From Lingula anatina (lineage: Eukaryota; Animalia; Brachiopoda): DNA of 64,000 nucleotides. A model generated the notes under the pieces. The model was not told where the DNA came from and ran no database searches. It saw only the letters and a list, made by a program, of their open reading frames with translations. The stretch is taken from the NCBI GenBank assembly GCA_051362555.1, contig CM120644.1, positions 4,038,954 to 4,102,953 on the forward strand, given 5' to 3'. Shown piece after piece: positions 38,201 through 51,432 of the stretch. Position 1 is the stretch's first letter. The number at the start of each line of letters is the position of its first letter. Made by a program: the position numbers and the translations under genes.

Positions 38201-41096
38201 CAATCTCTCCCAAAGGTGAATTAAATGTTATCCCGCATCTTATTTGTTCCTGTTGGACATACTGAATGCGAATCATGTGTTGTTGTTTTTTTTTTTGAAA
38301 AATAAATATTAATAAAGCTGCCACCTCTTAAAAAACAAAGGAATGAATAAAACAGACAAAAATAGATAAATAAAACACAAAAGCATGCAGAGAGCCTGAC
38401 CACACCAGTAATAAATGTTTTCCTTCTAATTGGCCCTTCCCCAGCATACTGAAAAGCAGAGATATCAGTATTTGAGATTGAGTGGGCCAAAATTGATTGG
38501 TTGAGGATATTAAAATGCATCGACTCTGCAGTCGTGCCTAATGGATGTGCAGTGGCATATATAAATATATTGCTGCCGCCGCAACGCCAATAATTTGAAT
38601 GGTATGGCAAAAACACTTCTTTATTTTTCTTCTGTGGGAAGTGGGATATACAATATATCACCTAATCTCATCAATTTCTTTTCAAACCAAAAAGAAAGTT
38701 AGCGCTGAGGGATACCAAGTATTTGCTTTACGGACATAATTACAACAGAAATATATTGTTTTGGATCGTAATGCCTACAGAAATTTCACACAAACCTAAT
38801 TTTACCATTCGTTTTATTTTGTGTGCATTGCAACTTAAAATAAAATTTTGGGCATTTAACTTTGGTTCATTCTGAAAGTGACCATGTTAGCATTAATCTA
38901 GATCACGAGGATGGTACTTAATTGTAAAACTTCCTCATTACTTTCAGTGGTGCCTTATCTTATTTGTAAAACATCTCTATACAATTACACCATGAGCCGA
39001 TTTTATTAACTAGTTGGAAATAAACCATGAGTAATCCCTGCACTCTAGCTGATGGTACAATTACTAGTACTTCCCAGTATTTTATTCAATTAGATAGTGA
39101 CTTAATTTATTTGATTTATAAAATTTAGAAAAATGAATTATTTGTATACTTCCTAATAGACCTGTTATGAAATATCAATTGAAGTATTGTTATTCTTATT
39201 AACAAATTTTTTATTGATTTATTCTATTATTATAATTTCTATGCATAATAAGTGCATGACAATTTTGTAATATTAGATTGTGAATTTCTATGAAAAAGAT
39301 AATTCTTGGATATATCAGTGGTGATACATTAAAACATTAAAATCAAAACAATTAAGAAAACAAAATCTTAATGAGCCAAATGACTTAATAACAACTCAAA
39401 AATAAACACACTATATTATCAGAACATATATTTGCAATAATATGCCACATTTGGATATTCCAGTAGCAGTGAATAATAGAATACAGAGCATCATTTGGCC
39501 CAGCTTTCATCTCCCGCTCAGTTTGCAGAGGTGGAAAGAAAAATCAATACCAACTAAAGCACTGCCTAGATTAACATTTCAGTTATAAGTTACACTATGC
39601 TCTCACGGGGGCCAATAGCTATTACTTCAGGTCAAGAAATGGATTCAAGAGCCCAAGGGATTATACCCACTCAAATGGCTTTTAGGAATCCATGAACAGG
39701 GCCTTATAAAGGACCCTCCATGTCACAGCAATGTATAACAAATAATGCCCATGTTGATCTCTCAAGTGCTTTCTAAAGCATTTGAATTCACCTAATTATG
39801 GCAAATCTGAACAATTTTATGACACCAAAATGCAATTATCATTTTTTTCTTTCTTCCGTCTCTCACAATTATGTTCAATATATTTGCGTTTCTTGCCAGG
39901 CTTGTATGTCTGGCAGTGCAGAAATGCAATTAAACCACATTTCTTTAAGTCCTCTCCAATAATGATCAATTGATTCATCAAATGCCATAGATGATTAAAA
40001 TAAGAGTCCAATCATTCTGCATTGACAATCTCTAGTTGCAAACGATTCTCCCTCAATAAAGATATCAGAAACAATTCTCTCGCCAAACTTTTTCATTAAA
40101 CCGAGAATACAAAAGAGGCTGCCTATAATAAATGGAATTATCGCCACTTACGTTCCCGCACCTGGACCTAAATGAGGGCTTGATTACTAGGAAATCATAA
40201 AAATCCACCTCATTGGTTGATGCCATGACACTGATTACTAGAAATGGTTTTAATTATAAAAGCCAAGAGCAAACACCTTTGGTTGACTTTGGTGTAGTGT
40301 GGATTATATTAATCCAAATCACTGCCCAGTGAGAAATAAATAGACCTGAGGTTAATTTCATAAAACACCTGCTCTAGCCTGAACATTGCTCTAAACTTTC
40401 AGACCAAAATTTAAGTATATTTTGAGCTAGGATATATCAGAAATATATATGGCATACCGTACCAGTTTTATAACAAGAAAAATATTCCTTATCTTCCACA
40501 TCTAAACTTACTTTCTGAGAATTTGGGTATTTTTGTTTAAAATAAAACTAACAAGCCAGGGTTTGATTAAGATCTAAATTTTGACATTCCTGTCACACTT
40601 TTTGCCACTTTACTGTGGACAGGCCCATGTAGTCCCTAGCATTTGTGGTGCTTTTTAATTTTGTTGCTATTGCTCAATAGAAATTTTTACAATTTTTAGA
40701 ATTTAAGACTTAAAAAATATAACATCTGTAAAATTCAAAATTCTCCATCATTGAAAAGATTGATTTATTATCATATTTATTAAATAACCATCTAATAGAT
40801 AACCACCAAGACTGAATTGATTCTAAGGCTGCAATCACAACCGAAGTTGATCCACGGGTCAAATATGGCCAACCCACTTGAAAGCTTGCAGCACAATACC
40901 CACGAGGAATGTATTCAGTGTCCATTAGGAGACTACTGGTATTTGTCAAGTTTGAAAGGTAAAAACTGTAAAATTTCATCGGTCTCATAAATTTCTTCAA
41001 AAGAGGATTTTCTGCCAACGTAATTTTTTTCGTTTTGAAAATTTCGGCGAGTTTTAAAATGGGCCTCTCCATAATTCTGAAAAGTTTGTCACTTAA

Positions 41097-41433
41097 AGGG
41101 ATAATAACTCTTTGTTTTGGCCAAAAAATGAATTTTCCTGGAGTAAACAACAATTTTCCCATACTTACCAATGGTTAATGAATCCATTTTTACATTCAAA
41201 GTTAGTCCCTGGTTTTTTTCTAAAATGTTTGGTTTTTTGTTAAAATCTCTTAAGAGATTCTAACAGAGTATAGCCATCAATGGAGGTCACGTGGTCTAAA
41301 GACAAGCTCAGATATCAGAATAATAGCTATAACTGCCGTTTTTGTGGTAAAACAGAATGTATTATATTTCTATGAGTTATTCACAATGTTTTTATTGTGA
41401 AATATAGATCTCATATGAAGAGTTATTATCCCT
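41097..41433. mobile_element. Kolobok-like MITE, copy 1
   Basis: TTAA|agggataataactctt ... aagagttattatccct|TTAA: perfect 16-bp TIR. The 5' part is homologous to 46036-46190. Confidence 0.8.
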
Positions 41434-42696
41434 TTAATATGGCCATATTTTTCAGCTCAAACATAAAGGTAATACATCAGCTGATTCAAGACAATGAAAT
41501 GATCAAGTTATCATTGACAATAACGCTCTCAATTGGGGAAGGGAACAATAGTGAGCTACTGCGAGTGGCTACTTACTGGTAGACATGAACCATTTAACTA
41601 TATCGTTTAAAAGCAAAAAGTTGGACTTCCTGTAACTTTTTAAGAAGTTACAGATGGTAATTTTAGAAGGCCTGACACCCAATCTTGGGAAAACCCTGCA
41701 TGCAATAAACATTGATATTAAGTGTAATGTTAAATATGCCGTGTCCAGTTTATTATGTAAGGTTGTAATTAGGCTTATCTTGACCCCTTTCCTCTATCTG
41801 CAGGTATGTTTCTTACCAAAAAAAAAACAATTTTCAACTTTCTTTTCAGGAAAGTTAATATAACGAAATTGAGATGCACTAATAAACAGATTATCATTTA
41901 CCACCAAAAAGTGACTTTAGAAGTAGTGATAAATATCCTGCAATATATGTGGAACAAGGATGAAAGCCGATAAGGATAAAAGCCCCAAGGTCTGAGTTTT
42001 AAAAATTTAGTCATATCCAAGAGCCACGGAAAGATAATTTAGAAAAATTTTGTTGGATTTACGCAATTTCAAATATTAATTAATTTTTAAGCAACAAAAT
42101 TTTCAAGTTTTTACCGTAAGTGGTTCAGCCATATTTGAACCATAGTCTTGTTAACCTGCTTTTCAGTTTTGTTGGTACCATTCAATAGGAGTGTTCTAAT
42201 TTTAAGAATTTATGTTTTAAAGAGGTACAGTATTTGTACTTTTTTCAATCATAAATTCCCATTTGAAAAGATCAAGTCATTATCATAATAGTCTCTACAA
42301 TTGGGAAGTTTGTCAATAGGAAAAAAACTAGACAGAAAGGCTAGCATATGAACACAGAAAGTAAACTTAAGACTTAACAAAAAGCGCCTGGTTTTATATC
42401 TATTGGTAGAGTATCTATTGGTAGAGTAAGGGAACATCTACATGCAGAATCAGATTTTCTACTTCTAGAATGTGAACACCTACAATAGGAATATTGATAG
42501 TAGATTCCACAAAGTTGAACCCATTGATTCTAATACTAGACTTATTACAGAGAGTCCAGTAAATCAGGTGAGAATTGCTGATCAATTCTATCCCACTGAT
42601 CAGTAAATAGAGAAATGATGAAGAAATGCAAATCCACATTTATTAACTGCTCTCTGACCTGTCTGTACATACTGGGCACTCGCTTGCAGAGCGTGC

Positions 42697-42698
<2 letters not shown>

Positions 42699-42734
<36 letters not shown>
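42699..42734. repeat. (GA)n microsatellite
   Basis: Direct reading of the sequence. Confidence 0.95.
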
Positions 42735-42738
<4 letters not shown>

Positions 42739-43489
42739 AAAAATAAATCTGAGATGGCCCAAGGAAACTTGTATTAAAATTTACCCAGCAAACTCTTAAA
42801 TATTAAAATACTAATATTCATTGCTTTAAAAAAATGACCAGAATGCTTCAATTTCTAACTTTTATCTTAGGGTCCGGCTCATGTATTAATCACGTGTCTG
42901 TGGCCATCAAAATGGCTGATGCATGGCCTGGGACAATTCACTCTTCTTTCAATTTCCTCCCTTTCTCAGGAATAATTAAGTAACCATGGCAACCTCTCTA
43001 TCACTGTGCAAATGATTCTGCATGCTTGATTCTATTTATAATTATTTTTTTGTTCGAAAGTGCACAGTGTACTGATCTGTATACGACTGTAGAAAAAAAT
43101 CGATTGGTCTTTTTCCCCCCTACTTCTAACCCATGCTTTCAGGTCGTAGCTATTTATTCCACAACGATACGCTTGATATGCATTTATAAACCTTTCTGTC
43201 CTAAGAGGGCGCAGCCAGTGAGACAAACACTGATATTTTAGAAGAGAAAAAAAATCAATGAAAGTCCCATTTCTTCTGTAGTTGAAGCTATGGACTGTCC
43301 AATCTTGCTATTTGATGAAAATCTATATTTCAATTCTGAATAATCCAGCAGTGATAAGCCAGCAGAGTGGAAGACACACACACACATTTGTCCAGCTAAT
43401 GATCAATGAGGGTCAGGAAAAAAACTAGACAGCAAGGCTAGCATATGAACACAGAATGTAAACTAAAGGCTTAAGAAAAAAGAAAAAAA

Positions 43490-45339
43490 AACAAGGCAGC
43501 AAAGCTGTCAAATGTACAGACAAAGAACAGAAAATAAAGATGCAAATAAGTGAAAAATTAAATTTTCACAAAAAACTGTTAAATTGCCACAAAAATTTAC
43601 CAAACAGACTACGTTGCCTATTGAAGCTGTATGTTAGACCCATGTTTCTTTCCTGTAAGTTTGATAACAGTAAGTAACATGATTTCCCTTAAATGGTCAT
43701 CATAGGAGCAGTGCCCAAAATAGGAGTTTCTTCAAATTTTGATGCAACATTACATAATGTTTAACAGCATAATGACAATCAAATGTTATTAATAACATAT
43801 TAGTAACACGGACATTCAGAAAATGTGACAAGCAAAAGTCTTCAAGATCATGGAACTTCAAAGTCACACCTTGAAAATGCCAATATGTGAAAAATTAAAT
43901 TTTCACAAAAAACTGTTTAACTGTCAAAAAAATAATAAATAAATAAAAATACCAAACAGACTGCATTGCCTACTGAAGCTGTATTTTAGTCCCATGTTTC
44001 TTTCCTGTAAGTTTGAGAACAGTAAGTGACATGATTTTCCTTAAATGGTCATCATGGAAGCAGTGCCCAAAATAGGGGTTTCTTCAAATTTTGATGCAAT
44101 ATTACATAATGTTTAACAGCTTAATGACCATCAATTTTTAATTATAAAATATTTGTTTCACAGATATTCAGAAAATGTGACTAGCAAAGGTCTTCAGGCC
44201 CATGGAACTTCAAAGTCACGCCTTGAAAATGCCAAAATGTAAACAAGACAGCACTGTTCTGAAATGGGTTTATTTCCATTTTTAACACTTTTTTAACATA
44301 AAACAAAATAAACATTTTACTGCCATTTTATATGACCAACTAAGAAAATTGATGAGATGGGAAAAGTATCAATAGAACAGTGTTAAATGTCCAATTTCCT
44401 CCATTCTGAGATTCTGAACATAGTGGATGATTGAATCTGACAAACTGCAATGATATGAGTTTATTTCCATTTTTGACACTTTATTACACAATACATGATA
44501 ACAAATTTACCATGTTTTTTACATGATCAACTAACGATGTTGTAAAGATGCAGGAAATATCACACAAACACTTTTAGGCATCTTATTAGTTAAATAATGA
44601 GACTGTTAACATGCCTAATAATTGAATCTGAGGAAATGTGAAAAACAGTATAACTTCTAAAATAATGGCCCGATTATGCTGATTTTCGAACTCAACCTGC
44701 GTTTTAGTAAGATTGACCACCCCTGTGAGTATAATTACAATTGGCCAATCCGTTTTTCTTATATTGTGTTATCAGTGTTGTATTTATATTGAAAATAGTG
44801 AAAAAACAGCATAAATTCCCTAAAAATGGCCCAATCATGCTGATTTTCACACTTGACCTGCGTATTATGAATATTCATCAGTTCTGTAAGTTTCAAGTCA
44901 AAAGGTAAAATGGTTTTCCACTTATCGTGTTATCGGTGCTGCATATATGCTGAAAAAAGTGAAAAAACAGCATAAATTCCCTAAAAGTGACCCGATCATG
45001 CTGATTTTCGAACTTGACCTGCGTATTATGAATATTCATCAGTTCTGTAAGTTTCAAGTCTAAAGGTAAAATGGTTTTCCACTTATCGTGTTATCGGTGC
45101 TGCATATATGCTGAAAAAAGTGAAAAAACAGCATAAATTCCCTAAAAGTGACCCGATCATGCTGATGTTCGAACTTGACCTGCATATTATGAATATTCAT
45201 CAGTTCTGCAAGTTTCAAGTCAAAAGGTAAAATGGTTTTCCACTTATCGTGTTATCGGTAAAAGTGCACGGCGACGACGGCGACGACAGACGCAGATGAC
45301 GGCTATATGTACAGACACATCTGTGTCTGTACATAAAAA
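43490..45339 (-). mobile_element. Non-autonomous Helentron/HINE-like element, family B copy 2
   Basis: Same termini as 16655-18339. 161-bp internal repeats (ttgacctg at 44853, 45014, 45175), one more unit than copy 1. Inserted in an A-run. Confidence 0.78.
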
Positions 45340-45365
45340 GAATGAGCTTGGGTTCATACAGACAG

Positions 45366-45367
<2 letters not shown>

Positions 45368-45404
<37 letters not shown>
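45368..45404. repeat. (CAAT)n microsatellite
   Basis: Direct reading of the sequence. Confidence 0.9.
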
Positions 45405-45405
<1 letters not shown>

Positions 45406-46035
45406 GGTAGAGTGCCCGATCCCTAACTTTGACTGCAGTCAGTGTCATTGTTTTTTTTTTTATTCTTGATATATATAAGCTTCATCTCGAGTGCCTTCCA
45501 AGAAAATCTATGAAAGTGTTTTTTTTTTTCGCTCTTATGCTCTTTTTTTCAAACTCTTTCACACAGCCTACAGGAAGTTATGATCTTTGCTGGAAAAAAA
45601 AAAAAAAAAAAAAAAAACTGCATTCACTAATGACATCCTTTCTCAAAATAATGTTTTTTATTATACAATACCATTTCAAGGAGCTAAATCTGGAATAGTG
45701 TGGTCACATAATATTCATATCCAACTCTAATCCTGTATGCTCCAGGAAGTCAGGGGTTAGAAAGACATTTGTCGTTATAACAGTATTCGCCTGCGTAGGA
45801 AGGATGTTTTGAAAAGCTACATGCTTCTAATTGATCGGAAAAAATAAAACAGAGGAACAGAAAAGAATGTATATCAACCTCAAGTAGAACTTCTTTCACA
45901 TATCAATTGTTGAATTGTTGGAGGGATGTCTTGAAAAGTTACGTTTCTAATTGATCAGGAAAAAATCAAAGGAACAGATTAAAAATTATAAATCTGAAGA
46001 GAACTTCTTTCATATATATCAACTGTTATGTTTAA

Positions 46036-46682
46036 AGTTATAATAACTCTTAGTTTTGGCCAAAAATTGAATTTTCCCGTACTTACCAATGGTCAACGAC
46101 CCCATTCCGGCATTCAAAGTTAGCTAGTCCAGGTTTTTTTTTCCTAAACATTTGGTTTTTTGTCAAAATCTCTTAAGAGATTTTAACTGACCGAGCCCTC
46201 TCTGACACTGCTTAGTCATGCGATATCGAGCGATATTTTCTGGTAACCTACTAAAAACTGCAGGAAAAGCAGACAACAACAACAACACTATAACAATAAT
46301 ATAAGATTCATAAGATATATTCGTCTTATTGCTCAAAATGCATTTATATGTACAATGTGTGCAATTCTGGGCTTTTCGATATCAGATGTACTGTACAAAA
46401 ACTCGCAACTTATGTCTGCGGATTGCATCATGCGTTTGGCGCCATATGTTATTTTAGTCTCAAATGAACGTGAGAATCCGCGTGACAACTCAACGTCATT
46501 GGCAACGGATGCCTTGACAACCAGGAAGAAAGGCATTGAAAGCCCTATTGACAAGCACAGATTTTAGTTTTACTACAAAAACAGCCGTTTCAGTGGAAAA
46601 TGCAACAGAATATATTTCCATGCATTGTTTACAATGTATTTCTTGCAGAATTTCGAATTTCAAAGGAAGAGTTATTATTGCT
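46036..46682. mobile_element. Kolobok-like MITE, copy 2 (longer variant)
   Basis: TTAA|agttataataactctt ... aagagttattattgct|TTAA. Shares 5' sequence with 41097-41433. Confidence 0.75.
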
Positions 46683-47489
46683 TTAATGTTTATTTGAATT
46701 ATTTCCATTGTTTTTATTCATATTCATTTTTATTTATTATAAACTAATAAGAATAATTAAGCTTTAAGTACTTTTAAGACTGAGATCTATAATCATCACC
46801 ATTCCAAACTGCTGTTCAATGGCTTCAGGATGAAACATTTCATACATTATAAATTGTTTATCATGAACCTTTCTGAAGAACATCTTTGATCATAATTTCA
46901 GAATTTGGATTTGCTTTTTTTGTTCAAATCAAATTAAGAACAGTTTTATAAAATAAAGGTATTATAATAAATGAGTGTAAACACTAAGCATCAAAGGAAA
47001 AGTGTCAAAAACAATCAAATGATCACAATCAAACGTATTGGTGTATTTTAGCCCATAATTTGCCCCCTAGTATTCTCTACAATTTTGTCTACCTTAACGC
47101 ACCATTTCCCTTTAAAGAACATAAACTATGTCCAAGAGAGAAACACAGACAAAACGTTCCAGGGTCAACAATTAAAACAAATCAATTTCCAGTATATTTT
47201 TCATTTCCTGACTATCAATATTTCTCAGTGCACTGCAAGAATTCTGATATATTAATCATTTATTGTGCCTCTTTATCCTATACGCTTTCTGTCTTGAACA
47301 CTTCTGGATATAATTCTATCACAATTTTGAGTAAAAGGGGTTTATAATAAGAATAAACTCGAGACTTAAAATTGCTAGTTCAGTTTCTCTGTAATATGAT
47401 GTTCTAAAGGTTGCAGTTGTCTCCACCCAGCTGTTTTAAACATCTAAGTAAAAAGGTGGCAGGTGCCAGACAAAAAAAGACAGATAAGT

Positions 47490-47585
47490 GAGAGATAAAG
47501 ATGACAGAAGAGAGAAAAAAGAGAGAGAGAGAGAAGTGTGCAGAGAGAGAGAGAGAGATGACAGAAGAGAGAGAAAGAGAGAGGT

Positions 47586-47655
<70 letters not shown>
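47490..47655. repeat. Compound (GA)n/(CA)n microsatellite
   Basis: Direct reading of the sequence. Confidence 0.95.
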
Positions 47656-47660
<5 letters not shown>

Positions 47661-48484
47661 GCATGCAGGTGGTGGCTGTATGAACACAATTACCCAGTAT
47701 TCTGTATACAGTGACATTTGATTAAGTTCCCCAGAGACAGCCAGGATACATTAGGATGGAAATCCAATTAGCATAATTGAAGCCCAGCATATGAATAATA
47801 CATCAGCATGGCCTGGTGCTCCATGATATGAACAGGGTCGGGCTGAAAAAAACACAACCACTCATCTTGCTGACATGTGCACTAATGCACTGTAGCTGAG
47901 ACAATAACGCGGCTTTCTTCATAAATAGTTTTACAGATTTTCATACTTGAAAAAAAAAAAAAAAAAACATTATAGACTGTCTAAAAAATTGCAGTAAGTC
48001 ATCTAATATAACACTAAAAGTCCTTACATGAGAAACACGCATAGTTTCTTATGAATATCATAAAGGTCATGGCATAACATTTCAGAAAACGAAAAAAAGA
48101 AAAGAAACTCTCAAGAGGCGATCAAATTAACACCATTATACCATTTATGTACTGGTATAAACATTTTAAGGGGAAATGTTGGAACAAAAGAAAAACAAAA
48201 AAGAAGAAAAGAGGTGGCAACATTTGAGAACTGCCAAAGAGACACTTAACAAAAGCTGTTTTTGCACTGCTGACACTTTCCCCCAGCAATGTATCTGATT
48301 AATTCCAAGTTATTGCACCATTATCTTGGCCATGCTTATAAACTTCTGAAAAGGTCTCTCCACTTCCATTAAATACAGGATGAGACTAAAAAGAGATAAA
48401 TTACCTCTTGGTTCCAGGAGGCCTTAAAGCATCATGTCAGTTGCAACCACAGGCGCAATTAGGGGTAAGAGGTGAGGATGCAGT

Positions 48485-48972
48485 GTGGGGGGGGAGGGTC
48501 TGGAGATTGAGGTGGGGGATGAGGAGGGTGAAGGGTGGAGGGGTGGGGGGTGGAGATAGATGTGGGGATGAGGAGGGTGAAGGGTGGAGGGGTGGGGGGT
48601 GGAGATAGATGTGGGGATGAGGAGGGTGAAGGGTGGAGGGGTGGGGGGTGGAGATAGATGTGGGGATGAGGAGGGTGAAGGGTGGGGGGGTCTGGAGATA
48701 GAGGTGGGGGATGAGGAGGGTGAAGGGTGGAGGGGTGGGGGGTGGAGATAGATGTGGGGGATGAGGAGGGTGAAGGGTGGACGGGTGGTGGGTGGAGATA
48801 GATGTGGGGATGAGGAGGGTGAAGGGGGGGTGGGGGGTGGAGATAGATGTGGGGATGAGGAGGGTGAAGGGTGGGGGGGTCTGGAGATAGAGGTGGGGGA
48901 TGAGGAGGGTGAAGGGTGGAGGGGTGGAGGTGGAGATTGAGGTAGGGGAAGAGGTGGGTGAAGGGTGGGGGT
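48485..48972. repeat. G-rich minisatellite, ~41-49-bp unit, ~10 copies
   Basis: Unit ggagatagatgtggggatgaggagggtgaagggtggaggggtggggggt; starts at 48552, 48601, 48650. Confidence 0.9.
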
Positions 48973-51432
48973 GACAATTGGTAATGTTAAGGGGGTGAAT
49001 AACAATGTATTATTGTCAAAGGAGAAATGACAAGACCCCTTCCTCTCTATTTTTAATAATTTCTGCTTAATTTCTATCCTGCTGCCATTTTCCTACATTT
49101 AATACAAAGTCCAGCAAATTTCTAGAAAAAAAAATCAATGGAGATACTATCTACTGGACAATGAAGAGAATGATGGCTTAATGCATCCAGTTCAGACAGA
49201 TACAGAAGAAAATCACTGATATGGTTTCAGAAAACATACAACATTCCGTTCCATCTTCACCCTGCCTTGTCATCAATAATCAGCTCTGTCCATGGTCCTG
49301 TTTCACTAAAAAAAAAGCCTCAACCTGCAAGTTGGCTAACTTTTAGACTGCTAAGTTAAGTCTACTAAGTTAAGTCTTCTTTGACCCCAGATTAAAAAAT
49401 GGCAGTAGACCAATTACATTTCATATTGTGCCTGTTTTATAGCAAGAAAGACGCTGCTAATGTTTCAGAACATAACCTTCTTTATTGAATGGAACATGCA
49501 TTTATTCTGAACTGAAATAGACCAAATCCTTGGTCCAAAGTTTATTTAATTTTCGGGTTTCACTTCTTTGGTGAATTAAAGCAGCAACTGAACTGAAAGC
49601 ATAAAATGTCTTTCCGTGTCAGGCAATACACAGACATATCACATACCAATGAATACTTTTAAATTAAAAATCACAGACCGGTTTACAATCATCATCATGA
49701 ATCATCCATCTTCTTGACAATGCTGCACATTTCTCACATCACTGTACTTGACAAATAAATTAACCAAGTGAAAAACAAAAATCAATTCAGTTGTATGTTT
49801 CGACAGTTCTAATGGGGATCGGCCCTTTTTTTTTGCTTAGACAGATTACAAGTGGACTTTGATTAGCTGTGACACTGAAACTGATGAATATTTGAAATAA
49901 TTCAAGCATATCAGGGGATAAAGATTGGATATTGCAAGGAGGACGGATTTTCTTTTTAAAAAAATCAAATTCTGTGATGTCTTCTTCATCTTCAAAATGA
50001 ATCTGGACTAAAAGACATTAAAAGAATTTCAGAAATTAAGTCATTAAACTTTTTTTCACTTTTTACAGTAATTATTCATAAAGTTATAACTGCTAATGCT
50101 TCATTTTTCAAAATGCATCATTTTTACGCTCTCTCTAAAGCACACCTTTTAGCATACACTCGGCTTTTTAAAATTTATTTTTGAAAACCCTGTCACACAT
50201 ACTCAAGAAATGGTACATAAAGTCTATCAAATATATTTATATATTCTGAGTAACTACGCGAGTACTGTACTGTACAAAATGGCCTGGAAGTCAGACGACG
50301 GGTCAATGTTGACGCTCCTTAACCACTGATGCCAGAAACCAATCTCAAAAAGAGGAAAAAATCGATAGAAACCTTGTTTGGTTGCCCAGTCTATCAGTTG
50401 GTGCATTATCATAGATTTATGAGAGTTGGCTGGCAATTGGCTTCAAATCTCACATCACCAAGTGGGCATTCTGCAAAATCTGAAATCACTCGTGATTAAT
50501 TTCATTTTACATCATATGTCTGGTGTGTCTTAACATTATATTCATTTCCTAGTATTGTAGCATTCTTCATCTATCACATTCAGTCTTGTTCCATGCCCAA
50601 AACTAAATTGTCAATACATGTGTTCTTAGACCCCTGAGAAACCAGTTGAGAAAATTTTGATAACAAATTCAAATATATATAAAATTGCAATGGGTTAGTA
50701 AAAAGAAAATCTGCTAATGATTTGTCATTTTTTCTGGTTTTACTATTCAGTGTCTTTTTTATCAGTTTAGAACAAAATCAGAGTGTTGTGGAAAACGGTG
50801 AGAGGGGCATACCAGATAAAAAGAAATAAAAACTTGGAACACCATACCTTTGAAGGAAAAAAATCTAAACTGATAGTAAAGATAGCAGTGTTCATTAAAA
50901 AAAATGTCTGATTTTCCCTGACTTTACCCAAGTACTTTAACTTACAAGGGAGTGTGCCAGACAATAAAGCTAATTACAATAACTGCGCCTTTGCAAGAAT
51001 CGCCACTGAGATAGATCGATCTTTCTAGTATGCTAACTTCTATTCTGAACACAGCCTCACTGTGCATGTGTGCACAAAACACGTGGAAACATAAACCTCT
51101 TTTACGATCTTCTTCTGTTTAAAGAGGAAGAATAGTTTTGAGTTACAATTGATGTTACAAATAAAAACAGATGGAAAGACACATTAGATAAGAATAATAA
51201 AAGGTTGCATACTTCGCATGAACATGACTTTTTGTGCGGCACCAGCAAAATTGTTCAAATATGAAGGGCAGCTGAATTTTCACTGTGGGATTTGGTTTCC
51301 CTTTGCTGTGTGTGAACAGGGAAGCAAATCAAAATTTTTACAGGAAATTTGAATTTGAAAAATCCAGATTGTGAATGAGGTATCAGAATATTCTAATTTT
51401 TAACTCACATTAAATGCTGCTACATGGTTAAA

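Noticed and set aside
40710-41171. 153-aa minus-strand ORF
   Set aside because: It crosses a MITE boundary, has no recognisable domain and probably starts at a non-ATG codon.
47404-47721. ORFs with LSLSLS/CVCVCV/ERERE runs
   Set aside because: Microsatellite translations.
48408-49005. Pro/His-rich extensin-like ORFs
   Set aside because: Translations of a G-rich minisatellite, open in several frames, with no splice or homology support.
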